Source: an uncultured cyanobacterium
GTDB taxonomy: Bacteria; Cyanobacteriota; Cyanobacteriia; Cyanobacteriales; CAWUOF01
Direction: 5' to 3'
DNA length: 64,000 bases
NCBI GenBank assembly: GCA_963744145.1
Contig: CAVUSO010000001.1
Coordinates: 1,408,001 to 1,472,000 of the forward strand
Shown one piece after another: positions 20,389 through 29,613 of the stretch. Below the pieces are notes generated by a model. It made no database searches. It saw only the letters and a list, made by a program, of their open reading frames with translations, and was not told where the DNA came from. The position numbers were made by a program, and so were the translations under genes. Within the stretch, counting starts at the first letter, position 1. The number at the start of each line of letters is the position of its first letter.

Positions 20389-21252
20389 CTAATTCAGATG
20401 GAGACTTTTTTGCTCTAATTGGAGTAACTTCTCAATCCTAGCTTCGGTGGAGGGGTGGGTAGAAAATAAGTTGCTTAAAAATTGACCAGAAAAAGGATTG
20501 ACAATTAACAGTGGCTCAAATGCTGGGTTGGACGACATAGGTATTTGTTTAGCACTGTGGTCCAGTCGTTGCAAAGCGCGGGCTAAAGCACGAGGATTTC
20601 CGGTGAGTCGAGCTGAACCTGCATCAGCTGAAAATTCTCTAGTCCGAGAAATCCCTAACTGAATGATCGTCGCAGCTACGGGAGCTAACAGAATGGTTAA
20701 GAGCCACCCAATCGGATTAGATTCATTGTTATTACTCCGTGAACCACCACTAAACCAAAGACTGTAACTAGCAATTTGGGCTAATAAGGAAATTGCACCA
20801 GCAATTGTCGCTGCAATAGCTTGGGTTAAGGTATCGCGGTTCGCTACATGGGTGAGTTCATGACCGATGACTGCTTCTAATTCATCTTCAGGTAATAGAT
20901 CTAAAATCCCTTGAGTGACAGCAACTGCTGCGTGTTCAGGATCGCGTCCAGTTGCAAAAGCATTAGCACCAGCAGTGGGAATAATATAAAGTGCGGGCAT
21001 GGGCAACCCACCGCGATCGCATAGTTGCTGCACCATATTATATAGATGGGGTGCTTCTGAGGGACTAATTGGTTGAGCGTGATAGACAGCTAAGGCAATT
21101 TGATCTGAATAGTACCAAGAGCCGAGATTCATTAAGGCAGCGATCGCGATCCCCGCGATCGCTCCCAGCGTGCCACCGATCACCCAGTAGCTAATTGTGA
21201 CTAACAGGGCACTTAATAGTCCTAATAAAGCAACCGTTTTCACTTGGTTCAT
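20389..21252 (-). CDS. htpX: Zinc metalloprotease HtpX (M48)
   Basis: [31 protein letters not shown]. Start moved to MNQVKT. Confidence 0.93.
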   Translation of the reverse strand: MNQVKTVALLGLLSALLVTISYWVIGGTLGAIAGIAIAALMNLGSWYYSDQIALAVYHAQPISPSEAPHLYNMVQQLCDRGGLPMPALYIIPTAGANAFATGRDPEHAAVAVTQGILDLLPEDELEAVIGHELTHVANRDTLTQAIAATIAGAISLLAQIASYSLWFSGGSRSNNNESNPIGWLLTILLAPVAATIIQLGISRTREFSADAGSARLTGNPRALARALQRLDHSAKQIPMSSNPAFEPLLIVNPFSGQFLSNLFSTHPSTEARIEKLLQLEQKSLHLN

Positions 21253-21529
21253 CTCTTTATCCTGCGGGTAGTAATTAAATGGCAATACAAATATTTAGTC
21301 TGATTTTTCCAACTTGGTTACATTTTATCAATGCCGATTTAGACTGTATATGGGAACAACGCTAATTTTTGGTACGGTTTAGCGTACTTTTACTGGACAT
21401 AATGATAGTAGTTGATTGGCAAGATTTCTCCCATATTTAATATTGATCAGCACCCTAATCTGGCTGGTAATATTTTGACCAGATATTATGCTACATTAAA
21501 CTGGTCTAAATAGCGGGAGAATAGGGAAG

Positions 21530-22687
21530 ATGAAATTAGCAATAGGAATAATTACTACCTTATTGTTAACGAGCGGTTATTGGTTTGCCAAACAGGAACC
21601 AGTTTATGCAGAAAATTCATCAGAAAGTGCAGAAAGCTTGCCAAAAAAAATTACCATAAACTTACAATCAGTGTTAGATACAGCCGTAAAAGAGCAAGGG
21701 ATTCCTGGAGCAGTAATGTATGTGGAAACCTCGAATGGAGTTTGGAACGGAGCCGCAGGAATTGCAGATTTAAACAATCGAAAAATAATGAAGCCAAGCG
21801 ATCGCTTTCGGATTGCTAGTATGAGTAAGATGTTTGTAGCAACGGTAGTATTACAACTAGTTGAAGAAGAGGAATTGAGTCTAGATGATCGGCTGACAGA
21901 TTGGTTGTCAGAGGAAGTGACCGATCGCTTACCAAACAGCGACAAAATCAAGATTCGGCAATTACTTAACCATACCAGTGGGTTAGATGATTATTTTGGT
22001 AATGATGAGTTTGAGCAAGCTGTCAAACAAGCTGGTCTACATCATATTTGGACAGCAAGTGAAGCGATCCAATATGCTTATAATTTAGAACCATTATCGA
22101 CACCAGGAAAGGAACATCACTATTCTAATACTAATTATATCTTATTGGAATTGATCGTAGAACAAGTAACCGAAAATAGTCTCGCTCAAGAAATGCGCGA
22201 TCGGATTTTCACACCCTTGGGACTAAAAAATACATTTACAGAAATGCGAGAAAAGATTCCCGGTGGTTTTGTACATGGTTATCAAAATGACGAGGAAAAT
22301 GGCACCCGTCGTGATATGACAGAGACAAATTTCGGAAATGGTTTAGGGGATGGGGGGTTGATTTCTACTGCTTCCGATGTAGGGATATTTGTACGAGCAT
22401 TATTTGGAGGAGCAGAATTATTAGCACCGGAAACTTTAGCCCAAATGTTGAATTTTGTTGATGATGGAAATGGGAATTTCTATGGTTTGGGAGTAGCTGC
22501 TTCTGAAACAGAATGGGGAAAAGCATTAGGACATAATGGGAACGCTAATGGGTTTGCATCGACTAGTTGGTATTTAGTTGATGAAGATGTCACAGTAGTT
22601 GTCCTCACTAATGATGCGGATCATGCTACACCTGATGATATTGCTGAGAATGCGATCGGAGTGGTATTGAATGAGTTAGAAGAATAA
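21530..22687 (+). CDS. Secreted serine hydrolase (beta-lactamase / D-Ala-D-Ala carboxypeptidase family)
   Basis: Signal peptide; FRIASMSK (SxxK), LLNHTSG, YSNTNY, GHNG. Confidence 0.9.
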   Translation: MKLAIGIITTLLLTSGYWFAKQEPVYAENSSESAESLPKKITINLQSVLDTAVKEQGIPGAVMYVETSNGVWNGAAGIADLNNRKIMKPSDRFRIASMSKMFVATVVLQLVEEEELSLDDRLTDWLSEEVTDRLPNSDKIKIRQLLNHTSGLDDYFGNDEFEQAVKQAGLHHIWTASEAIQYAYNLEPLSTPGKEHHYSNTNYILLELIVEQVTENSLAQEMRDRIFTPLGLKNTFTEMREKIPGGFVHGYQNDEENGTRRDMTETNFGNGLGDGGLISTASDVGIFVRALFGGAELLAPETLAQMLNFVDDGNGNFYGLGVAASETEWGKALGHNGNANGFASTSWYLVDEDVTVVVLTNDADHATPDDIAENAIGVVLNELEE

Positions 22688-22749
22688 GCATTACCGGTAG
22701 CTACCGATCGCTGCTATAATCAGAAATATGATACCATAGCAATGCTAAT

Positions 22750-23325
22750 ATGACGACCATTACTGTTGACATCAATTCTGTCATTCACCTGACCGATGAG
22801 CAATATTTCCAACTTTGTCAAAATAATCGCAGCTTAAGATTTGAACGCAATGCTACCGGAGAATTAATTATTATGTCACCTACGGGAGGAGAAACTAGCA
22901 ACTGTAATGCTGGTTTAACTGCACAACTTTGGTTTTGGAATAAAAAAACTAAATTAGGTAAAGTTTTTGATTCTTCTGGTGGGTTTAAACTTCCTAATGG
23001 TGCCGATCGCTCTCCCGATGCAGCTTGGCTCAAATTAGAACGTTGGAATAGTTTAACCACAGAAGAACAAAAACGTTTTCCACCCTTATGTCCAGATTTT
23101 GTGGTGGAGTTACTTTCACCAAGCGATCGACTCCCAGATACCCAAGCAAAAATGGAGGAATATATTGCTAATGGTACTCGATTAGGATGGTTAATGATTC
23201 CTTCTGCTCGGAAAGTTGAAGTTTATCGACCAGGACAACCAGTGGAAATCTTAGCAGATCCAGTAAGTTTATCAGGGGAAGATGTTTTACCTGGATTTAG
23301 CTTAAATCTTGACCTAATTTGGTGA
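22750..23325 (+). CDS. Uma2 family endonuclease (DUF820)
   Basis: ERNATGELIIMSPTGG, FDSSGGFKLPNGADRSPDAAW, PDFVVELLSPSD. Confidence 0.93.
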   Translation: MTTITVDINSVIHLTDEQYFQLCQNNRSLRFERNATGELIIMSPTGGETSNCNAGLTAQLWFWNKKTKLGKVFDSSGGFKLPNGADRSPDAAWLKLERWNSLTTEEQKRFPPLCPDFVVELLSPSDRLPDTQAKMEEYIANGTRLGWLMIPSARKVEVYRPGQPVEILADPVSLSGEDVLPGFSLNLDLIW

Positions 23326-23381
23326 AAATTTTCGACTCTTCTGGTGAGTTTAAACGCTTAGTTTTACTTGATTTTATATAT

Positions 23382-23848
23382 CAATACGGTTCAGTTAACT
23401 GTAGGGGCAAAGCATTTCGGCGAATAAATGATAGCTTAAACGAAGAATAATATTACCGAAATGCTTTGCCCTCTTAGTTTTAGTTAATTTTATATACCAA
23501 TATGGTTCAGTTAACTGTAGGGGCAAAGCATTTCGGCGAATAAATGATAGCTTAAGCGAAGAATAATATTACCGAAATGCTTTGCCCTCATTATCTATGC
23601 AACCAACCGATCAACTAGATATTAAAATACATTCAGTTAAGAATTTTTTTTAGAGATCTCGGCGAAGAACTGGGCGAAGCATTCGGATATAATGTTAACT
23701 GCTTTAAGTGATAAATTATCGCCCGAATGCTTCGCCCCTACAAATCTCGGCGCAGAACCGGGCGAAGCATTCGGATATAATGTTAAGTGCTTTAAGTGAT
23801 TAATTATCGCCCGAATGCTTCGCCCCTACAATTAACTGAACTGTATTG
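23382..23848. mobile_element. Composite, internally duplicated MITE of the CAATAC-TIR family with four REP-type hairpins
   Basis: Ends CAATACGGTTCAGTTAA...TTAACTGAACTGTATTG; two ~116-bp tandem units (GTAGGGGCAAAGCATTTCGG...CCGAAATGCTTTGCCC) and two ~88-bp units (GGGCGAAGCATTCGG...CCGAATGCTTCGCCCCTAC); no TSD retained. Confidence 0.85.
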
Positions 23849-23850
23849 AT

Positions 23851-24444
23851 CTAGAGTAATGTTTTAAAATAAGTTGAAAATTTCTGAGATGGTACACCAA
23901 CCATCAAAGCAGATTCTTGGCGCAAATGAATTTCTACATCTCGTTGACGTTCGGTAAATAAACTAGCTTCTGATAAATGCCGGGAAGTCAGAAAATGAAT
24001 AGTTTGGTTAGCCGAACCGCGCCAACCTTTATTGTCATTTAGTTCCGGAATATATTGTCCGTCAATGAGAACATCAATTCTATTGAGAATTTGATCAATA
24101 GCTGGGTCTAATTTGCTTTGTAATTCCTGTAGTGTAAAACCCGTAAAACACATAATAGAAAGATCCCGATGCTGACGAAGATGGGTAAATAATTCGTTTA
24201 ATGCAGTTGCTTGTAACATTGGTTCACCGCCAGAAATTGTTATTCCATCAATGCCAGCAACTGATAAAATCTGATCAGCTAATTTTATTGGCTCGACTAA
24301 GGTAGCTTCTACCTGGGGAATCCATTCTGGGGAAATACATTCACGACAGCGAAAACAACAACCTTGCATCCAGATCACAAATCTTAGCCCTGGACCAAGA
24401 GTATAAGTAGTGGGACAGATTTCAGCAATATTGAGAAGAGTCAT
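23851..24444 (-). CDS. NrdG-like radical SAM (4Fe-4S) protein
   Basis: LGPGLRFVIWMQGCCFRCREC (CxxxCxxC), GITISGGEPMLQ, IDVLIDGQY, WRGSANQ. No nrdD in the window. Confidence 0.88.
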   Translation of the reverse strand: MTLLNIAEICPTTYTLGPGLRFVIWMQGCCFRCRECISPEWIPQVEATLVEPIKLADQILSVAGIDGITISGGEPMLQATALNELFTHLRQHRDLSIMCFTGFTLQELQSKLDPAIDQILNRIDVLIDGQYIPELNDNKGWRGSANQTIHFLTSRHLSEASLFTERQRDVEIHLRQESALMVGVPSQKFSTYFKTLL

Positions 24445-24446
24445 AT

Positions 24447-25511
24447 TTACAAAGGGATACGATTTTTTTGTTGAGCTTGTTCGTGTTTAATTAGAGCTGT
24501 TGTTAATTCTTGGTCAATTTCTGCTAAATACTGTTGGATATTTTTGACTAATGAATCAACTTTTTGGCGGTCTACTGGCAATAGGGTTCCTAATGTCCGA
24601 TCGGAGTGATAATGGGTAGTTATAGCTGTGCGAATTTCGGCGGTTTCGGTTTGATATTTTTGGAAATCTTCTCGGCATTTTTGTAATTGTTGTTGAGCTT
24701 GATGATAAGATTCTTGTTGTTGGATTAATTCTGATCGTTGTTGTTCAATGGCAGCTAATTCTTTGGCTAAAGCTTCTGATAAACTCTGTCGTTGTACTTG
24801 GGTGAGATTTATTAATTCAGAAACAGAGCCGGAGATACTATTTTCTAGTCTATTTTGTCGGGACTGCCAATAGGTAATCTCTTCTTTGAGAGTAGTTTGC
24901 TGTCGTTGTAAAGCTCCTATTTGCTCATCCAGGTCTGCTTTTTGTTGTTGCAGTGATTTGAGAATTTCTCTTTGTGGTTCTAGTTCAGCAGATTGAGTAG
25001 CGATCGCTTGACGCAAATCTTCTAGGTTAGTTTCTTGCAATGCTGTTTGAATTTCTTGGAGTTGTCTAGCTTTTTCTTTTAATGTTTGTAGATTGGTATT
25101 GTCTTCATTTAACTGTTGTTCTTGACGCAGTAAGTTAGCTGCTGATTGAATTAGTTGGGATTTATCGTTGGCAATTTGTTGGATGGATGCAGTGCGATCG
25201 CTGATTTTCTGTTTGAGTGTTATTGGTACTGGTAATGTGTTCAGGTGAGGGAGCCAAGAATTGAGAATTTCGAGCTGGGTGTTGAGGGTTTTACTCAGAG
25301 CGATCGCCCAAGCGTCTAATGTCTCTGGGTCTACATTTGCCAGTTGTCCTAGCACTTCTGGATGAAAGGTAGATTCCCAAAGGTTTATTCCTGCTGCTAC
25401 TAATTCAAAAGGCAATTTAATAGTATCAAACTCGCTCAAGCTTATTGCTTGTTCTATTTTCTGCACTAAATTTTTAAGAGTTTGTAAATCCTGTTGCTGA
25501 TTTTGCTGCAT
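24447..25511 (-). CDS. Long coiled-coil protein of unknown function
   Basis: Q/E/L-rich heptads over about 250 aa; ATG 25511 has SD-like GAGG; stop lies 2 nt from the radical SAM start. Confidence 0.85.
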   Translation of the reverse strand: MQQNQQQDLQTLKNLVQKIEQAISLSEFDTIKLPFELVAAGINLWESTFHPEVLGQLANVDPETLDAWAIALSKTLNTQLEILNSWLPHLNTLPVPITLKQKISDRTASIQQIANDKSQLIQSAANLLRQEQQLNEDNTNLQTLKEKARQLQEIQTALQETNLEDLRQAIATQSAELEPQREILKSLQQQKADLDEQIGALQRQQTTLKEEITYWQSRQNRLENSISGSVSELINLTQVQRQSLSEALAKELAAIEQQRSELIQQQESYHQAQQQLQKCREDFQKYQTETAEIRTAITTHYHSDRTLGTLLPVDRQKVDSLVKNIQQYLAEIDQELTTALIKHEQAQQKNRIPL

Positions 25512-25563
25512 AAAATCCCTCAATCTATGTAATTAAGTGTTTCTTTGAACAAGTTAAACCTGA

Positions 25564-27174
25564 TTAGTTTTCTGAATTTTCCAGCAGGACGTAACCAGGA
25601 AACATTTTGGAAATAACATTACCTAGTTGATATTCAACTACTTTTCCTCCTCTGGCTTCTTGAATTAATAAATAAGCTATTTGAGACCGATCAACTTTCA
25701 TCCCAACATGATATTTAGCGTTAGTAGAATAGTTGGGTAATTCAATCATGTCGGGTAGAGATTCTTGGTGTTTATTACCTTTAGATAAAAGCTGGACCCA
25801 GAGAGTAATAGCAATGCGATTTTCAACAGGTACAATTGGTTCAGGATAAAATTTTGGTGGTGCTAAAGTATCTAAATTAATACCACCTTCGATCAGAGTA
25901 ATCTCTGGTCTTTCCCGTTTTCCTGTGTGAATATTGATTGTTTCTAACAAAATACCAATGGTATGAACATATTTTTCTGTAGGATCGACTAAACCGTTAG
26001 CAATTAGACAAGCACCATAAGATATAGCATAAGCGCTATTAGTAATATTAAAACTTTTGTCAAGCCGGGGGTCATTTCCACCAATCCCTAAAGCATCGGT
26101 AATGGCTTTTTGAACGAGGATAAACTGACTAAATCCACCTACCATAAAAATACGATCAATTTCCATTCTTTCTTTTTGGATGTAAGATTTAACTTTTTTA
26201 ATGACATCACAAATACCTTGGGTGATCGGAGTAAAAGCCTCGTTAACTTCTCCTAATGTGATTGTGTATTCATTAAATTTATAAGCTTCATCTTGGGCTT
26301 TGTCTTCTGGAGCATTTAGATAGTTAGTTAACCTTTTAGTAGCTCGATCGTGATGGTCAATTTTAATCTTTTCAAAAGCTTGGAGTAAACTAATAAATTC
26401 TGATGTGTTTTCAGCCAAAGGTTTACCATACTTTTTAGTGTAAGCTTGTTGGATGATGCGGCGATCGAAAGCTACTCCAGCAAATTCTAATCCTTGATCT
26501 CCTTGTCCATCAAAATAGAGAACCTCTACTTTATTGTCGCCATAAATCCGACAAAGACTAACATCAAAAGTGCCACCTCCCATATCACAAACGAGTAAGT
26601 TACCGCTAAAAGATTCACTACCTTTTTGTCTAGCACGCCGTTGCGTTTCCCAGGCATAATAGGCAGCAGCAGCAACAGGTTCACTGACAAGTTGGATGAG
26701 TTGATTTTCTAGTCTTAAGTCTTTTTTAATTAATTCTTGTAGACGTTCCCGACCTAAATTATAAATATCACGTTGCCAAATTTCTGGAACTGAGACAACA
26801 ATGCTAGTAATTTCACCTTTTTCACGGCTAAAACTGTAGGATTTTTCCACAGATATTAGCAGTTCACGCAGGTAATCAACGGTAACACTAATGGGGGTAC
26901 GAGGATGGGTAAAATATTTGCTAAACTCCGATTCTGGTAAGGGCAATCTCATTTTAAAATTGCCATAAGTTTCAACAGAAGAATCATGGGCAGCGGTACT
27001 GCGGGCAGCATTACCAATTGTGATCCCCTCTGATTCATAGGCAATGAAGGAGGGGATATATTTTTGTCCATCTGGTGGTGGATAGGGAAATACTTCAAGT
27101 TCTCCGTTGGGGGTAAGGTAGGAGATAATCGAGTTGGTAGTGCCGAAGTCTAGACCGATTTTGTAAGTTGGCAT
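25564..27174 (-). CDS. Atypical Hsp70-family ATPase (not housekeeping DnaK)
   Basis: IGLDFGTTNS, VSVPEIW, LVSEPVAAA, VCDMGGGTFDVS, FMVGGFS; short divergent C-terminus. Start moved to MPTYKIG because the upstream extension runs through a REP. Confidence 0.9.
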   Translation of the reverse strand: MPTYKIGLDFGTTNSIISYLTPNGELEVFPYPPPDGQKYIPSFIAYESEGITIGNAARSTAAHDSSVETYGNFKMRLPLPESEFSKYFTHPRTPISVTVDYLRELLISVEKSYSFSREKGEITSIVVSVPEIWQRDIYNLGRERLQELIKKDLRLENQLIQLVSEPVAAAAYYAWETQRRARQKGSESFSGNLLVCDMGGGTFDVSLCRIYGDNKVEVLYFDGQGDQGLEFAGVAFDRRIIQQAYTKKYGKPLAENTSEFISLLQAFEKIKIDHHDRATKRLTNYLNAPEDKAQDEAYKFNEYTITLGEVNEAFTPITQGICDVIKKVKSYIQKERMEIDRIFMVGGFSQFILVQKAITDALGIGGNDPRLDKSFNITNSAYAISYGACLIANGLVDPTEKYVHTIGILLETINIHTGKRERPEITLIEGGINLDTLAPPKFYPEPIVPVENRIAITLWVQLLSKGNKHQESLPDMIELPNYSTNAKYHVGMKVDRSQIAYLLIQEARGGKVVEYQLGNVISKMFPGYVLLENSEN

Positions 27175-27306
27175 AATTATGTTAATTAACTGATCTATTG
27201 TATTATCCGAACAACAGCAATGCTTATCCCAGATTGCTGAAAACAGCTTCCGGACAGACTTGATCACAGCAAAATCCTGATCCACCTTATTCCTTACCTT
27301 GGACGA

Positions 27307-27336
27307 GTAGGGGCGCAAGAGATCTTGCGCCCCTAC
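27307..27336. repeat. GTAG-type REP palindrome
   Basis: GTAGGGGCGCAAGAGATCTTGCGCCCCTAC. Confidence 0.8.
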
Positions 27337-27452
27337 CAATTATTGCTCGACTAGGTGGTTGGTCTGGCTATCGGTCTCAAAAACCGCCGGGAATTGCTAC
27401 CTTAGTGCGCGGAATACACAATCGCATCTACGATCCAGGGATTATTCTATTG

Positions 27453-27543
27453 GGCGTTGCTGATTTACGGTATGAATAAATAATTTGTAGGGGCATAAGG
27501 CCATACGCCCCGATTGATTTTCATACCCTGATTAAGCAACGCC
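27453..27543. mobile_element. 91-bp MITE with GGCGTTGCT terminal repeats and an 8-bp TSD
   Basis: GGCGTTGCTGA...TAAGCAACGCC, flanked on both sides by TTCTATTG. Confidence 0.8.
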
Positions 27544-27706
27544 TTCTATTGCAAAGGATTGAAAAATTTCCAAACTTAATGACGTTTGGCTGTTTGGCTT
27601 AAGTCCCCAATCAAGCATTTTATGAAGTTTTGTTACAAAATCTTTGGTTGACTAAGTAATTGTTGATATAAATATTTGTGTTATCTAATGAGAAAAGGAG
27701 AAACTC

Positions 27707-29170
27707 ATGTCTCGAACTCAATTAGAACTAAAATATATAAAATCTATACATGAAGCATTATATCCCCGTTGGGGTTGGAGTGGTGGATATATTATTGCTA
27801 ACGTTTTTGATAATGGTAAGAAAGTTGTATTAGAATGCTATGCAGAGCCTTCTCTAGAAGAATCTGCTATTCTGAGCGATAAAATACAGAATTGTTTAGA
27901 TACAGTTCCGGAAATTTTTTGGAAATTAATAGGTGGCAGAGATGAAATTAACCTGAAATTAATAAACGAAAGCAGCAGTCAAATAACAGTTAAAAGAAAT
28001 GTTCAAAAACCAGTTATTGAACAACCTTTTCAAACAAGTCTTCAACAACAAGTTACAACCGAAATTTCTAATTTATTAGATATAATTTACAAAAAAGCAG
28101 AGCAAGATATTGAAACTGTAAAAAGAATACAAGATTCTACAATTAACTACTTTTCTACAGCCAGTGATTCGGTAATTCAATGTAGTAAACAAGGAATTTA
28201 TTTTATTCAAAATAATTACACTCAAATAGTTGATGGAACTATTAAAGTTATTGAACCACTTAGACAAGAATTAATAAAATATCCTGATGATTGGCTGAGA
28301 AAACTTAATAAAGATACACTGGCAAAAGTAGATCAGGCTGAAAAAACTTTTTACATAATTAAAGAAAAAAACAAACATAAAAAAACAGATAAACTGGCTA
28401 CAGCTATAATTATTGAAAGTCTCAAGAAATCAACATTGGCTAGGTTTATAGATTCCGGAATATATGTGATTAGCTCATCATTGTTTGATATGCCTGATAA
28501 GTCATTGTCTGATTGCATTAAGCCATTGTCTGATTGGATTAAGTCTTTAGAAGATAAGAATTATCCTTTTCTAAATCAGATGATATTGATATCGGAAAAG
28601 ATAGATGAAGAAATAAGAAAAACGTTTGAACAACCAAAAACGTCAGATTTAATGCTGGCTATGATTGTTCAGATTGCTTGTGTTTATGAACGTGCAAACT
28701 TTCATTCCTCAGAAAAGCAAGCAGAATTAGTCTGTATTTTAATAATTTCATTTTTATGCAGTTTAGCTGTAGATATGGAATTTATAGATTTCTGCAAAAA
28801 GATTATCTCTAATCTAAATTTAGAACAAATTCTGCAAAAAATGGGAATAAGTTATGATAAAGATTTAATTAATAAAATTCAAAAAAATATCGCTCCTAAT
28901 AACAATTTGGTTAATCTTTTACAAAATTTCTTAGTTTCTATTAGTATGAATATAGCTCTTTTCTTGTTGGTTGGTTTTATTGCTAAATATATTTACCAAA
29001 ATTATGATAAGATTTTTGAAATTATAGGATCAATAAACTTATATAATCAAATCAAAGCCGAAGCTAGTAAGTCTGTTTTAGAAATAACACAAAAGACTAA
29101 CATTATTGAAAATGCTATTGTTGAATGCTATCAGACCGGAAAACTTACTAAGACTAGCGATCGCATCTAA
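27707..29170 (+). CDS. AT-rich hypothetical protein, possibly a divergent EcsC-family protein
   Basis: SD AGGAG; DDWL...KVDQAEKT...KLATAIIIE...AMIVQIACVY...KQAELVCILII is reminiscent of cyanobacterial EcsC proteins; hydrophobic C-terminal helices. Confidence 0.7.
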   Translation: MSRTQLELKYIKSIHEALYPRWGWSGGYIIANVFDNGKKVVLECYAEPSLEESAILSDKIQNCLDTVPEIFWKLIGGRDEINLKLINESSSQITVKRNVQKPVIEQPFQTSLQQQVTTEISNLLDIIYKKAEQDIETVKRIQDSTINYFSTASDSVIQCSKQGIYFIQNNYTQIVDGTIKVIEPLRQELIKYPDDWLRKLNKDTLAKVDQAEKTFYIIKEKNKHKKTDKLATAIIIESLKKSTLARFIDSGIYVISSSLFDMPDKSLSDCIKPLSDWIKSLEDKNYPFLNQMILISEKIDEEIRKTFEQPKTSDLMLAMIVQIACVYERANFHSSEKQAELVCILIISFLCSLAVDMEFIDFCKKIISNLNLEQILQKMGISYDKDLINKIQKNIAPNNNLVNLLQNFLVSISMNIALFLLVGFIAKYIYQNYDKIFEIIGSINLYNQIKAEASKSVLEITQKTNIIENAIVECYQTGKLTKTSDRI

Positions 29171-29221
29171 AGATGGGAATTTTAAAAAAACGCAAAAATA
29201 ATTTCTACCAAACTAAGATGT

Positions 29222-29410
29222 CTATTCAGACTGCGATCGCTTCCACATCCTAATCGCCCAATCTAGTTTTCCTCGTTCCTTCTCCAAAAAAGCTTCCGGC
29301 AATTGCCCAGGAAAAGTCAATGGATATGGCATCATATCCCATTCGCAAGTACAGCAGAAGCTTACCTGTCCTTCAACATATTCATTTTGACAAACCGGAC
29401 ACTGTACCAT
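29222..29410 (-). CDS. 62-aa Zn-ribbon protein or truncated gene, paralogous to the dynamin N-terminus
   Basis: SD GAGG then MVQCPVCQNEYVEGQVSFCCTCEWDMMPYPLTFPGQLPEAFLEKERGKLDWAIRMWKRSQSE; shares an 18-aa identical run with the dynamin N-terminus. Confidence 0.75.
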   Translation of the reverse strand: MVQCPVCQNEYVEGQVSFCCTCEWDMMPYPLTFPGQLPEAFLEKERGKLDWAIRMWKRSQSE

Positions 29411-29412
29411 GT

Positions 29413-29562
29413 CTAATTCCTCACAAATCCAAACACAGTCCTCAACATTTCCCCCAACGCTGCTGAGAAGTCGGAGTGACAAATATTGCCACCCCGCTCG
29501 CAGATAGGTCGGAAAATCTCGGATAACTCCTCACCAGGATAATTGCTAAATTCGATTTTGTA
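29413..29562 (-). pseudogene. Remnant of the C-terminal lid of a paralogous CbbX/SpoVK-type AAA ATPase
   Basis: Manual translation YKIEFSNYPGEELSEIFRPICERGGNICHSDFSAALGEML aligns with YKIEFPDYNDNELSQIFINLCQKSGWIVTPEVSARLREIF of the 30822-33377 protein. Confidence 0.7.
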
Positions 29563-29613
29563 TATCCTGATGCTCCTCTATTCCTGTTAAATTTCTTCTT
29601 ATGCTAACAAATC

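Noticed and set aside
23321..23355. 35-nt echo of an internal Uma2 segment (about 22957-22990) right after its stop codon
   Set aside because: Probably a scrap of a former tandem Uma2 paralogue; too short to support a feature.
23382..23848. CRISPR array
   Set aside because: The sequences between the repeats are themselves duplicated, the units are long hairpins, and there are no cas genes; this is a REP/MITE composite.
23851..24444. Naming the gene nrdG
   Set aside because: No nrdD in the window, and the gene is coupled to an unrelated operon.
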